Below, in pieces: positions 37,892 to 51,869 of a stretch of DNA of 64,000 nucleotides. The notes beneath the pieces are model-generated. The model was not told where the DNA came from, did no database searches, and saw only the letters and a list, made by a program, of their open reading frames with translations. The number at the start of each line of letters is the position of its first letter. Positions within the stretch are counted from its first letter, which is position 1. This DNA comes from Marsupella aquatica (taxonomy: Eukaryota > Plantae > Marchantiophyta): assembly GCA_973895155.1 (NCBI GenBank), contig OZ316894.1:2496457-2560456 (forward strand). The letters are read 5' to 3'. The position numbers and the translations under genes were made by a program.

Positions 37892-38344
37892 TGCCCAAAT
37901 CATTGTGTTAAGAAAATCATTTTTGTTGTAGTTGTGGGCGAGAAAGAGCACGCTGAATTGGTGAGGATTGGAGTGGCTTAGGCAATGAGTAGGTGGTACT
38001 GTGAATGAGTTCGCTGCAACCAAGTCCTTCGAGAGCACACTGCCCAAGTCATTGTGTAAGAACAGCATTTTTGTTGTAGTTGTGGGCGAGAAAGAGCACG
38101 CTGAATTGGTGAGGATTGTTAGAGTGGCTTAGGCAATGAGTAGGTGGTACTGTGAATGAGTTCGCTGCAACCAAGTCCTTCGAGAGCACACTGCCCAAAT
38201 CATTGTGCAAGAACAGCATTTTTGTTGTAGTTGTGGGCGAGAAAGGCACGCTGAATTGGTGAGGATTGTTAGAGTGGCTTAGGCAATGAGTAGGCGGTAC
38301 TGTGAATGAGTTCGCTGCAACCAAGTCCTTCGAGAGCACACTGC
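37892..38344. repeat. Young tandem repeat, 3 x ~150 bp
   Basis: Near-identical units start at 37892, 38041 and 38192. Confidence 0.95.
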
Positions 38345-40883
38345 ATTAATTCCTGTAGCACGCGTTGAGCACATAATTCGCTTGTGATTTCATGCTCATT
38401 GTAACTGCTGCACGAGGATGCAATGACAACAGAGGAAAGGAGATGATGACTGCAGGAGAACCTACTAAATGAGCTATGATTGTGCCAATCGCTCGTACTG
38501 GGCTGAGCATTGATCGAAGGGAAAGAACTATACCCTGAGGGAATGAACGGTGGATATTGGAACCGTTCTCAGGATGAGTTTGGGAGACGCTGAATCGCTG
38601 TAGCAATATGTAGGGATATCGGGCAAACTCCGAGCATTCATTAATAATGACGACGTGCATATTTCCGCTCCCAATTACGCGGCAGAAATAAAAAGTATAT
38701 GAAACCTTGGACAGAATTCCCCTCAAGAAATGAATAGACGACGACAAAATCGGCACAGCGTGGACGATGGTTTGTTTGAACTCTAACCAAAGACCAATTC
38801 AGGCAATCCTAGCCCATGACATGGAACGAAGCCGTGAACAGAAAAGCTCCCGCATGTGCGAAGACAAGTGAATTCACGTCGTGGTGTATACCTCCCTCCA
38901 AACCGCAAGCTTTTTCTCGGTTCAGGCTAAGGAAAAACAAGACGTGTGCCGGGTTTACATGATCCCCGGACGACTGTAGAAAGGCCTAAATAGACGACGA
39001 TGGTTGATCCCCATCGTGCAGCGCCAGAACCCAGTACTACCAATATTGGTGAGCACGGGAACACGTGACATAAGGAAGACCAAACCATTTGGCCCTTAAA
39101 AAAGGGGGAGGCAAAGGCAAGTCACATATGAACAGTGACCACCATTAAAGAAGACTATTCGACATTCGAGAGGTGGACAAGTGAGAGAGTATACTGTTGG
39201 TTGGAGAATCCAAGGTTCAGATCAAAAACCAGGATAGAAAGAGAAAGAAGCATGAAATAGACCAACAAAAAGTGCCGTACCCATGTGTTTCAAGAGTCAC
39301 AGTACTGTCAATCAACTTCAGCTAACTTTGTTGAAGGTTGGGCCATTCACCTTTTTTTTAATGGCCGACGTGTAAAGCAATTGAGTTAGGCTTGCAACAA
39401 ACTTTTCCGTTTCTAGATTCACACGTGGTGCCGTTTCTCTTTCTAACTCGAGCTTTGATTCTACTTAAATCATCATTCTTCAATCTATACAATTGCGCAA
39501 CTTTCCCATCGCTCTGTTTTCCAGTTCCTCGGTCCTTGTCCTCAATCCCATCTGCCCTAATGCACATAACCACGGTCGCCATCCACAACAACCACCCACG
39601 AAATGGAAACGACGAACTGAATCGATCGACGGGAAGCGCATTCACTCCAGCTATGATCCATCCTGTCGCTGCCTGCTATCCTTCCAGATGTCTCGACGAC
39701 ACACTCAAACAATCCACGACTCATGCCCGACCTATACACTTCTTTTCTACGTCATATCTTTACAGACGACACCGACTCCCGCGAGTGTTGTGATAAGTAG
39801 CCGAAGATCAGAAACCAACGAACCATCAGGAGATATGTACCTTCTTTTCCGCTATATGCTCCTATAAATGGACCAGCTCTTCCTCAAGGATGACAACATT
39901 CCTCCGCTACCTGGCCGATAATGAATCCCGGCCCGAGGATGGGGGTGGGCATATCTTCTCGGACTCTCCATTTCTTCTCCCAATCCGAGAGGGGCACGTC
40001 TCATCACCTCTCCGGAGGTGACCATACAGAACAACAGCGCGACAGTCATCCCAGTATCCCATTCCATAGACGTGCCAGCCTGGCTGGTTGGCAAGTCAAT
40101 GGAAGATGAATGACACCTGAGAAAGAGAAAGTCCTTCGTCCCTGCTAATCTTCTTGACATTCCTCGGTCTTGCTGTCCCATCAGCGTGCCATTAATCAGG
40201 AAGAATGACCAAATATGATTGTATGATATACGGCTTTCCAATACTTTCAATTCGTTCTCCGCGGACGAGGCTCGTGCCCGCTTGTTTCTCGATTCAATCC
40301 ACAAGCGAAGAGGTGGGTGCAATTTCTCCCATCGTCAGCACTTCGCTGCGAGTCCCTCCCACTACCTCGATTGACGTGTCCCATTACTCTAACCACTCCA
40401 TGAAATCATCGCAATAGACAAAAACCCCATACATGGCTTGCATCCTTCCCTTCTTTCATGACCAAATGTGTAATTGCTTGGATATGTATGTACATCCGGG
40501 AATGACGTCCCGTCCTCGTCAGACACGAGGCACATTCCATTTTAGAGTCACACTGCGGGCATGAGTCCTTCGCTTCTCCCTCCTGCTCAAACTAATCGTG
40601 CTTCAGTTCATTCCGGTCCCAGTCCAAGCACCACCGCCGCATTTCCACTACCCTCGCTTTAACTGTTGACTGCTATCTGATTAGTGAGCCGTAATCGTGA
40701 TGATGATGAAATAGGAAAGCCTATCGATTTCGGGGCAGCTGCTAAACCGCTGATTGGCTGGAAGTCATCCGTGCGTTCCATTGAAACGAACAGTTCTTCC
40801 AAGCTCGCTCGGTGGTGATGACTCCACCACCCCACTCTAGTGTCAAGAGCTTCCCTCCTAGACAGGGAACTCAACAACAAACA

Positions 40884-41669
40884 CTATAATGAAGATATGA
40901 ACTTACGCAGGTGGCGAATGTACTCCGGGTAAAGCTCCAGATTGCAGTGGCCACCTCCTTTCAACCAAAGGGGATCATACTTCTTCTCGGATAAATCCCA
41001 TAACTGCTTCCCGTGGGACCAGTCCACCACCTCATCGGACGTCCCGTGCATGACCAGCACGGGGCATTTCACCTGTCCAATCTTGTCAATATTTTTGTAG
41101 ATGTCGAACCAGTACGTCCGTTTCACTGGGTACATAACTCGCAAGCCAGAGAGGATAGGGCTATGCAATATCACAGCACGCAAGCGCGGTTTATGAACAG
41201 CGAGATCTAAAGTCGGGCCGCTCCCAACCGATTGTCCATAAAGCACAACATCTTCCTGCTTTGTACCATAGTCTTTCTCGAGACAGTCATACGCGGCCTC
41301 GATGTCTGCGTACGTGTTGGCCTCGCTTGGCTTTCCGGTCGACGCCCCATAGCCAGCGTAGTCATAGCCGAGGACGTTCACTCTAAGGTGTGCGCTGAGT
41401 TCCACGAAAAGCTCATGCATCTGCCCCAAATCAGCTGCATTCCCGTGCGAATAAAGGAGAGTAAGTTTGGCTGTGCTGCACCGGACATAAAGTGCAACAA
41501 TTTCTTGCCCTCTCCTGGTTTTCAGCCACTTCACGTCCACATTATCCCTCAGCGGAACGTCTGGAAGACTCAGCCTCCCCGTGAGGTCATCTTTCACTAT
41601 CTTGTACGAGGGTGGTGTGGGAGGGAAGAACGCAAATTTCGCTGCAACGTGTGAAGTCACCGCTCCCAT
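40884..41669 (-). CDS. ABHD17: ABHD17-family alpha/beta hydrolase (protein de-S-acylase-like), single coding exon, 261 aa
   Basis: [18 protein letters not shown]-terminus, [25 protein letters not shown] nucleophile elbow, HGTSDEVV (Asp) and GGGHCNLE (His). Confidence 0.93.
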   Translation of the reverse strand: MGAVTSHVAAKFAFFPPTPPSYKIVKDDLTGRLSLPDVPLRDNVDVKWLKTRRGQEIVALYVRCSTAKLTLLYSHGNAADLGQMHELFVELSAHLRVNVLGYDYAGYGASTGKPSEANTYADIEAAYDCLEKDYGTKQEDVVLYGQSVGSGPTLDLAVHKPRLRAVILHSPILSGLRVMYPVKRTYWFDIYKNIDKIGQVKCPVLVMHGTSDEVVDWSHGKQLWDLSEKKYDPLWLKGGGHCNLELYPEYIRHLRKFISSL

Positions 41670-42544
41670 CGATTTAACCCCTTCCTCCTCTCCTGATCAA
41701 TACTGAACACTGCGCACCTTATTTTCCCCTCCTGATCACCGCGGCTCCCCTTCCACCTGCTTGTTGGTCGCAAAACATGTGCCTCCTAGGCAAGCCACCC
41801 CTCCAACGGAATTATAATCAGAACCTCCCTCGTGCAAGTTTGGCCTTTCAGCCAGCCTGGGACCTTCTTAACAACCGTACTCAGTGATAGAGCTCCATAA
41901 CCTTCAACTCACAAGACCATCATCATCCAACCCTGCGTATAATTTGCCTGGGTAAAGCTGCTGGTTGAAGCCGCTCGTCGCATGCACTCCAGAATCCACA
42001 GTACAACTTCCGGAAGAGAATCCTTCCAGGGCAGTGCCAAGAACCAAATAACCAATACGAACTACTCGGCCATCATTATCACCTCTCGGCCGCGATCCGC
42101 TGCCCTTTGTATGATACTTCTCCAAGCCAACGAACGCTCCAGAGTCTCGAGCATAATTATTCTCCTAGTACAAAGCGCGACTGGACAGCAGATAAAAACG
42201 AAATTCAAAATTTGAGGAAACAGGACCCCCATCGCACAACCCGAAAGACATATTCACACATCTCCGCCTCCATAAACTAAACCGCTTCCCGCACAAAGAC
42301 CCGATAATCCGTCACAATAACTCGGAGAGAAACTCTAACGTCCTATCCGTTCATAAAAAGAAAAGGAAAAACATTGAAACCGAAACCAAACCAAACCAAA
42401 CTTCCAATCAGAGACCATACGAGATATCCCAGAAAGACACCAAATCGACCCCGGGACGAAGAACCACCCACCAATCGAGGATGTTTTCGCAATCTACGCC
42501 ACGCCTCTCCTCCCCGGCACCATCGATCAATCCGCGCAATCCGC

Positions 42545-42577
<33 letters not shown>

Positions 42578-43154
42578 TTTCGCTCTGGTACCAGGAGAGG
42601 CCAACCGCCTGCATTCCGAGGTGCGCACGCACACGGCAGGCAGGAGGGGCGGATGAACGGGAGTCCGGAGCACCGACCGCACGAGCGAGTGAGCGAGAGA
42701 GGACGGGCGGAACGGATCGATCAACGAACCCGAACCCTAACAGGATGGAGGTGCACGACTCTTGTGCGATCGTTCTTTCTGTTCGCTCGTCGCTGTCCCG
42801 CTTCGCTGGCTGTCTCCCTCGTGCTTGGGAGTCATCACTCTCTCTCTCTGCCTCTCTGGGACGATGGCACGACGAAGTGGGAAAGAAACGAGGCGCGAGG
42901 TACCGCAAGCATCTTGTCACATCCTCCTCCGCCCTTCTAGTCTGGAGCCTGGAGGGCTGGAGGCGAAGGCCGGTCGGTCGCTAGCCCTGAATTGTTCTTT
43001 CTGCTCACCGCTGCTGCCGCGAGCAACGGGTACCGTGGTGGTGCCATCCCGCTTCGCGCACCCTGAAACATATTATTTAATTGTTAATTTTCAATTTAAG
43101 TGGCCTTTGAAATTGAAGCACGGATGGGCCTCCGTGTTGACCAATATAGTCCAC

Positions 43155-43435
43155 TACGATGTAACCCGAGTGGACCCAATGAAACCAATTTTACTACAGT
43201 AGGACGTAGCTCGAATGGATTCCATGAACCAATTTTAGAAAATACGGTAGCTAATGAAACCTAGTTTAAACTAATAAAGTAGCCACAGTTTGATGTAACC
43301 CAATGGACCCCATGAATCCTAGTTTAGCTAATAAAGTGGCCACAGTATGATGTGACCCAATGGACCCCAATGAAACCAATTTTACTACAGTAGGATGTAG
43401 CCCTAATGGACCCCATGAAACCTAATTTAGAAAAT
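43155..43435. repeat. Degenerate tandem repeat (gatgt.accc.atggacccc.atgaaacc units), TE-like
   Basis: About five related units. Confidence 0.75.
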
Positions 43436-44413
43436 AAAGCAACGGAAGAATATTAAAAGTGAATCTCAGATGAGACTTTTTGCTTTGTAAGGAAATCCAT
43501 ACTCTTGTAGTCAAAAGCAACGTGGTCCATCCAGGGTGCAAAGTTCTTGGACAGTGGTCCATATGAGTGTTACTTTCTTTTTTTCTGAGCATATACCACA
43601 TTACACAGATGAGTGAAATGTGACAAGAAAGTAAAAACAATCATTTTTGAAAATTTGTTAGTTTCTCAATTCTTAATCAAATTTGACCATATTAGATTTA
43701 TTGGAAAGACTTTTGGATGCCCCAAACAGTGGACACTGACTGCTGGAATTACCTTTAGAAAGTCATAGCTCTCTCAACTCTTCCTCAAGGTCTATCTAAG
43801 GTCCAACGTTAGTGTTGAAAGTTTTGACAAAAACGAAGGGTTTCTGTGGGGCATCTCAAAGTTTCAAAATAGTGGATGATGACTCTCAAGAACAATGGAA
43901 TGGTGATAACTTTTTCACAAGGTTATGTAAAAACAATTCACTAGCCTCTACATTGACTAATGGTAATGGTGTACAAACAATCTATTATGGGAAAAGGTTA
44001 TAGACTATGAATTTGGTACTTAGTAATTTTTTGTGTCCCTGTAACTGTAAGTATGGAGTTAAGGTGCATCAAATTCTGAGTTTTGAGAGGCCCTAGTGAA
44101 TGATTGAATAGAAGGTATAAAAAGTGTCAGAGTCCATGGAGCAGTGTTGCATGGATCAGTGGGTCCATAGGAGCTCATTATATGAGAATGTTAATATTCA
44201 TTTTAGCTTATAAAATCTATACATTGAAAATTCAATGTTTACATCAGAATGCTTATAATATTCTTGAAAGTCACATCACCAAACATTCTGTTAGAGAGAC
44301 CCCAAACAAAATAATTAATTATACTTTACGCTGCACGATAAAAATAATTCTAGGTTCACAAGTACTCAAAGTCTTTCCTCGGTCAGACGCAAGTTTTTAA
44401 TAAATTAGTATTT

Positions 44414-44930
44414 TGTTAGTGAGGTGCAGAATTTTAATAATTATTTACTGTAGTTTTCTCTATTCGGCTTTTCGCGTGAACCGAGATGGCACCACGGTAG
44501 AAGGACCAGGCAGGCGCCAGAAGGACCAGGCAGCACGCGCAATGAAGCAGAGAGCCAGACAAAGGGGCAGAAGAGATGTGGCAGGAAAATCAGACTTACA
44601 GTAAGAAGTACGCTGTACCTCGTTACAGGAATGTCATGGAGGGAGGGACGGACGTCCGGAAGGACAGGAAGGGCATACCGCCTCGTTACAGTCCAACGAG
44701 TGCTAGGGCGGCACGTGCAGAAGTACCTTGTTGTAGGCCAGCCCGTAAGCCACTAAGGACACCAAACTAAACAGAGGAGGCGACGAAGCCATAGGTGGTG
44801 AATACGAAGAAGGTAAAGTACCTTGTTATAGGCCAGCCCGTAAGACACTAAGGACACCAAACTAAACAGAGGAGGCGACGAAGCCATAGGTGGTGAATAC
44901 GAAGAAGGTAAAGTTGGGGGTTTATTGTAG
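44414..44930 (+). mobile_element. LTR-like fragment containing a 2 x 95 bp tandem duplication (44721-44914)
   Basis: Starts tgttag and is purine-rich. The near-perfect duplication aagtaccttgtt.taggccagcccgtaag...gaagaaggtaaagt is seen directly; the LTR identity is inference. Confidence 0.45.
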
Positions 44931-45652
44931 GACGTCTTTCCATTAGCCCCTATTTTCACTCAGTTCTTTCTTTTCTCTTTTGAAAGGTGCCAGAGCATTA
45001 CAGAGATGGCTGTAGCTAAAGACTCCAGTAGCAGGGCAAATGTATAACCTGGATTGACAGAGCGCTTTGCTATGAAGCCCCTTAAATTTCGAAAGTTGGG
45101 ATGGATGGAATCAGAACATCAAAAACTGCTTGAATAACACTTTTCATAGTTTTGACTAAAATATTAGCTCAAAATGGGCTCCTGACCGTTTGCAGCTGCT
45201 TTCCGCTAGTCTACATGGTGGTAAATTGCAGCCACACTCACTGCCCAGCTTGAGCACTTGTTTTGGTCTATGCCTACCTCATGATTAGTCCTCAGTTCCA
45301 ATCACAGATTCTCCGTTTCCAGTCAGTTGTGGTAGTCGGGCATCACGTGGTATTGTCTGGGTTTATAAGTCATTTAGTAGTTGAAGGTTGATAGGAATAG
45401 TGTTCATCTAGCTGTTGCTCGTTGGGCAAGTCTAGTTTGTTGATGTACAAGGAAAATTTGCTTCCCAACGAGTTGTGTTAGAATTTCTGAAAAGCAAAAT
45501 TCTTTGCTCTTGCTTGAATTTTGCTCTTGCTTGAATTTTGCTCTTGCTTCCCTTTCATGGTAGTGTGTCTCTCATGTTCACATCTCCTAAAGTGCCCTGG
45601 ATAGGTTTGTTCACTTCAGTTAGGACAAGAAGGCCTGCATATGGGTTATATT

Positions 45653-45985
45653 TACGGACCCCACTAGAGGTCCTTTCCAAAATTCCTGGCACCACAGCGT
45701 GCCATGTCAACAACAACCGCAACAAACAAGACTCGTCAGTTTTGTGAATCAAACTTATAGTTTTCATTTGTGTTTGTGTCAATTTGGGTATAAATTTTGG
45801 GACGCCGTGCCATAAAAAGAAAAGTAAAAATATTGGAAATGCAAAGAGCAAGACGATTAAAATTGTCACTATGTAACCGTTTTAGTTACATTTCCAATTT
45901 TAAAACTTAAATTCAAAAATTTATAAAAAGTATTTATCATATAATAAATAATGACTAATAACTAACTTGATAACTTCTTTGTTAA
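45653..45985 (+). mobile_element. Dispersed repeat, copy 3
   Basis: Matches 8904-9068 (direct) and 20000-20323 (inverted). Confidence 0.8.
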
Positions 45986-48900
45986 ACCGCAACTCCCGGT
46001 ATGTAAGGACCTCTCGTATTGTATGGCCATTAATGCTGGGAGCACATAGAAACCCAGGATCGGGGAGGAGGAATGGTTGGAATCTTGAAAGTTCATCAAA
46101 TTTAATACTCAAAACTATTTACTCATTCTCAAAACAAAAAATACCCAGTTGTAGATCTCATTGAGATCTTTCTTTTGCACCCTAGATCGCCTTCTAACAT
46201 GGATGAATAAGATTTCTAGAGGCATTACAAAATGGACGGCAAAGATAGTAAAATCAACAAAATCGACGGCTAGGAAGGCTTGGATTTGTTTAATTTTTCA
46301 TTTGAAAAATATTAATTCATTTGCAAAACGGACAGAACCCATCCATAGATTTATTTGAGATATTTCTTTTGAGCCATAGATTGGCCATTATGATGGACGG
46401 ACGAGATTTCCGGAGATACGAAATGGAGACGGCTCAGATCGACTCTTCCCCCTGATTTTATTAGCCAAGGGGTCCACGAACTAATTTGAACAAAAAATCA
46501 CCTGACTACAAGACTAGTTAAGGTCATATGTTGTGACGGGAACCAGTTTGCTGTATTGCTCAGGATTGAGATGCCCAATAACTACCAAGTTACCATTTTC
46601 TGAGTTTTTGTCTTTGATCCTTTGTTTTTGAGGGGGGACTCCTTAGCTTGTGGACCTCTTTGGTTTTCTTGGGGCCTTTTCATTGCCCCCCCCCCCCCCC
46701 CCCCCCACAAAAAAAAAACCCTTTTTTATTGGGTTGCCATAGGGATTCTCTCTCCCCGTTCGGCCTTTTTTGCCATTTGGCACTTATATCCATACCATAA
46801 TAAACCCAAATATTTTGTTTGAATCATTGAGCATTACTCTAAGTGCATCTGGCTGTATATATATTCTCGCACTTGTTTTTTAGAGAACAGCATTGATCGA
46901 TCCAAGCGAATTTCAGCATTAAAAATGAAAGTACTTTTAGAGCCTATAATTTCTACTAGGTTTGACAGCTCGTCTGGGTCTTCATACTTTTTTCAACGTG
47001 ATTTGAGTCTGACCCTTTAGATTTGGGTACTTTCTCAGGAACTCGTTGCTTTTCAGCAATCCAAGTTCGTCTCTGGAGGTCCTTCTGTGAGCCTCCAGTC
47101 TCTGACAGGTCTGCACAAGCTTCTGTATGTTTTTCCCCAATTTTATATTCCGCTAGGATTTTCCTCGTCAGAACTCCTTCTTCGAATGGGGCAGCTAAAT
47201 TAGTGCATATATTGGCATACCACCTCCAATTTGAACCTAATTTACATATCCTTATTTACAAAAACTGATATTTGAAATATTGTCTGTTACCAATTTTTAA
47301 TGTTAGCCAAGGCTGGGTGAACCAGGCCCCTCATTTGTTATCACTTAGAGGGCTGTGTAGCCAACTCAAGTGGCTTGGCTCAATCGTAAGGCCACTTGGG
47401 CGGGTAGGGATAATTCTCTACTGTTTGAGATACATAGTACCTCATTTTACTTTCATTGCTTTAATTGATTTTTTGATAAAGAAAATCGAAAATTCCTGTT
47501 TTGAATCATGTGATAATTACAATTACCAATAGTCCTTGGTCAACTATTCCACCTTGATTCCAGGGCAAAATTGCAAGCCAAGTCCTTCCTCTACAACTGG
47601 CTGCAAATGATCTAACATTGCTATAAATATGTCAAGTATGTCAAGGGGTTGACAAAGGATACCATCCCTGCTGGGAGAATATCTGCAGCTTGTACTACTA
47701 TGTGAGGATGAGAAATTAAAGAGTATCCTTGGCCCCGTGTACTTGGATTGAAATGAAACCCAAATTTTGATGGTGGCATAATGTTTGACAAGATACTTGG
47801 ATTGGATTTGCCAATATCTGCATGGATTGTTTTGAACACTAATTTGTAAAAAAATTAGTTTCTTGGTTGTTTAAAAGAGAATGCCAGGTTTGTAACATGC
47901 AAGCAAACAGGACAGGAATTTTGTCAAGGAAGTAAGGGTATTGCTAGGTAGGCCAATCAGATTTCCGTCCACCAATTCAGTATTGATTCATGGAGTCTCT
48001 TCGTCAACAAGGTTGCTAGCCTCAACAGTGTCTGTAAAATATCTCCGTGCCTACTCGGCAGATTTATAGGTGTTTGCACAGTGGTGTGATACGTAGATAC
48101 TAGTGCATTTGTAGGACTCCAGATTAATCAACAAACTTGCTAGCCCAAAAAAAATCTGAAAATTTGGGTTTTCTGAAAGAAATGACAAAACAATTAAGGT
48201 GTTTGATACCAAGTTTTGGCTAGCAAGGGACTAAATTTGCTAAACAGAGTGCTGGAAATTTTAGTTTCTTTCCTCACATGAAAGAAAAGTATTGGGTTGT
48301 AAGGATTTTTTGTCCGTGCAATAGGAGTTTTTTTTTTCTGTTTGCTAGCATGGTCCTGGAATGGAAAGGTTTAGGGTTCAGGATGGTACATGGGAGGATC
48401 AACTTTGGGTTGAAATTCTTTGTTTTTCTCATATTCTTAGATATCCTATTATATTGGACATAAGCCTGCGAATCAAGGAAGGACGAGATGCATACAGTAC
48501 TTTTGATGAGAACTCCTTAAAATATTGTCATGATGTATTAATGATGCTATTATATAGGGTCCACGTTGACCCAATTTGGAAGATCCTGTCCTTTCTCATG
48601 TCTTACTTTCAATAAACCACACTCATGGAACCAGGTTGGTCTCTTTTGCCAAGTGGAATTGAGAAAAGATGGAGTCAACGTTGAGTTTTAAAATGGAAAA
48701 AAAATCCAAAATCAAAACTCCTAGGCAGGTTACAGAAATGTTGATATTATCATGTAAATGTGTGCAGCACAACAGACCAAAAGAGGCCTGGATGGACCTC
48801 CGGATTTGCAAAAATGCCTGGATAGATTCACACTGCCCACGTGAACCCAAGCAAGATTCTAGGTTTTGCCTAGATAATACATAATTACAATGCAGAGTGC

Positions 48901-51869
48901 AATGTGACAAGAAAACAAGACAAACTTCAGAGCTACATTCAACTTGTAGCTCTTTTAATTTTAATGAAAGTTCATGATACTAGTGCTGTAAAGCCCAAGC
49001 CACCAGCCCAAGAGCAACCATTTAGATCCAACAAGGAGTGAGAAATTGAATGGCAAAATTTATGGTAAATACTTTGAATGTGGGAAGAGTGTAGCGCAAG
49101 TGCACTTTGGAAATCATAGCTCTCATACTTCTAAATGAAATTTGACAATTTTAGGCTAGTTATTGCTAGCAAATTTAGTCACTGGGTATTGTCTCTTTGT
49201 GGCTACCCTACATAAAAATGCATGCTCCAGAGCAGGGCGTCTATCCTCTGTTAGATGGCCTACTTTCGGTTTTCAAGGCAAAAAAGATTATTCCAATACA
49301 CTTCTAACTGGCCCAAGAACAACCAATTTGGTTGCAAGTGAGAATTTTTTCTAGTAAAAACGTTTTGGACATGGGAAGAGTGTTGAGTGTGGATGTAAAG
49401 AGTGTCATGGTCCATGGGGGTTGTAGGGTTCACAGCTCAATCCATCCGTGCATCATACCAATGCATTAACTAATCAAAGTTTACTGGGATGACCCTACCA
49501 GTTTTGAAAAGAAAACCTTGGGATGGGCAGTTGGGGACTTGGTCAAATCCTCTAGGAATGTGAGTCAAAGTCTGAAGGCCACCCTTGGGGTTGGCCATGA
49601 CTGTCTAAGTTACATGAGCAATGGCTCACTTGAGGGCTTGATGATTTTCATCATGAAATGGTGAATGAGTAAAATTACTCACTGTACAAAGATTAAGAGG
49701 GTTAAGCTCTGCTGCTGAAGCACGTAGTACAGATTTTGAGACGAGACGTTTTTCTTCAGCCAGTGTCAACATTGACACCCCCTATTGCTTTGCTTGTGTG
49801 TGGTGGAAGGTGGGGTGGTGAGTCATATGGTCAATTTTTGTCTAGAATGGTTCAGCCACAATGGTTAGCTGCAATTGGGTGAACAGGACAACTCGGAGTG
49901 GATATATATGGCAGCTGAGTTTATGGGGTGGGCTAGGAATGTACCACATTAAGAAAATAGAAGATTATGGACATTACACGAAGTTCTCATTCAGGACCCA
50001 AGTAATCTTTGCACCAGCTCAACAACTCCAAATTGATTTTTGGCTGGACAATGGAACAGAAATTCTTCAAGCTTGATTTCAGAAAAATCTCCTTGAAGTG
50101 ATTGTAGTGTTCCAATCTGCTGCTTGGTTGACAAGTTTAGACGAACGAAGATATTTGAGACATCCACGATCAAATAATTGTTAGTCTGGTAGAAAATATT
50201 TGATCGTGGACAACCAAGAAGAATCGATGACATCGACGCCAATCTACTACGTATCTGCAGAAATGCCAGTTCTGAATTGCTACCTTGTGGGAAGGCGTTA
50301 GCACAGATCTAGATGAACACTTTCACAAAGGTGGGAAAATCAAGCACGGCTGCTCAGCTTCGTTAATTGTTTTTGCAAGCCCCACTTATTGAACCTCGAT
50401 ACAGCATATGGGGCCAAAACTATTTGTTTTCCAAAGAGCCTACAGAGAGAAAATCAACTGAAGGTGGCAGTTACCTGACAATATGGAGGAAGGTATCCAA
50501 CTGAAAGAAAATGTGGGGGGTGAACAAGATACAGAACTTGGGTGATTGTGTGACGTGTGCTGCTTTTTCACTCATACTGGAGCTTTAAGCAATGGTGTCT
50601 CGGCGCCCTACTGCCCACTGCACCGATTTTCTTTTCCGAAAATCACCTAAACAACTAATCACCTTCTACGATTGTCAGCAGTAGGGTTCTGAAACGAGAC
50701 AAATTGATACATATTAAGCTAGAAAAAACTCCGATAGATTTGTAGGAGCTGGAAACAAACTGGTAGAAATGACACAGAAATTTTGGGCCGATTGTCACGG
50801 CCTCCCAACCAAAGTACAAATGATCATATCCGTAGAAATCAATTACTCTTGCAGACTATGATGCCAACTTTTGACACTGGCCAATATTCGTTCTACTCAC
50901 ATGGGGCCTAAGACAACAATTCCTCAAATCTCCTGGAGTCGTAGCATTGTCCAAACTTGAAAAAATTCTACGATCGTCATAGCATGGCCATCACATCAAA
51001 GACCTTGAAAGAGCTTCTGTTTGCAACCGTGCCCTTCAAGGCGCAAGCTTCAGACGAATCGAGGAAGTACCAAGTCAGTGGTCAATATGGCTCCAGCCCC
51101 GTCCAAGCTCCCGAAAACGATTTTGCAAGTCTCGATTTACCTGGTCCCCGCTTGAGGAATTAGACCCTGGTTTAGTGGACAAGACAGGGAGATCTGGTTT
51201 GTTAGACTAGACGGGATTGCTTCTTTTATTTATTTATTGTGTAATGAGATTTTTCAATTAGTGTAACATATACAGTATTTGCTACATAGGCTTACAACTC
51301 ACGCATATTAAACCCGCTCAATTCAGTAGACAAAGGGATAGAGGAGCATCAACCCAGGATTGCAAATACCATTGCATTAAATCTTATGCCTGTTATCCAA
51401 AACCAGCACAATGCACACAAATGGCCACCCAAGTCAATTTTCACCAGGAGGCTATCAATGTAATGTCACTATGTGTTAAAGCTCCACCTACCAGGGAAAT
51501 CCTAGAATCGGCTTGCACCACGGCCGCTGCATCATTTACTCCATCATCCCATGGCAGCACACCAATACTTGAACAATCGATCCTCCATGTCCACCACAAC
51601 AACCCAAGAAAGCCAACATATTACGAACTACCGGCCGCCTACCCCTCAGTCAAATTGAGAACGTTACCAAAAGTGCGTTGCGCCTAATGAGATCGAGGGG
51701 ATTTGCTTTGCCGAAAACTCACGACGTTGACACAAAACTGAAGCTGACAGGAGATTCACCGTCGAAAATAATTTGCCTCAAAGACGAGGTTTTTGTTGGC
51801 CTCGAATGAGTCCAATCCCAATATTCCGTGCATGGAAAACGCTCGTTGAACTCTTTCGTATGTGGTGTC

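Noticed and set aside
38049-38339. Repeat-protein ORFs
   Set aside because: By-product of the 150-bp tandem array; the frame is not maintained across units.
40659-40886. Stop-codon readthrough extending ABHD17 (in-frame ORF after TAG)
   Set aside because: No recognised readthrough context, and the downstream peptide does not resemble the family tail.
42343-43202. Overlapping 120-190 aa ORFs
   Set aside because: GC-rich promoter/5' UTR of ABHD17 containing an (AATC)n microsatellite; low-complexity translations on both strands.
49991-50340. LRR/NLR pseudogene fragment
   Set aside because: Leu-rich spacing is only suggestive; no consistent LxxLxL repeats in one frame.
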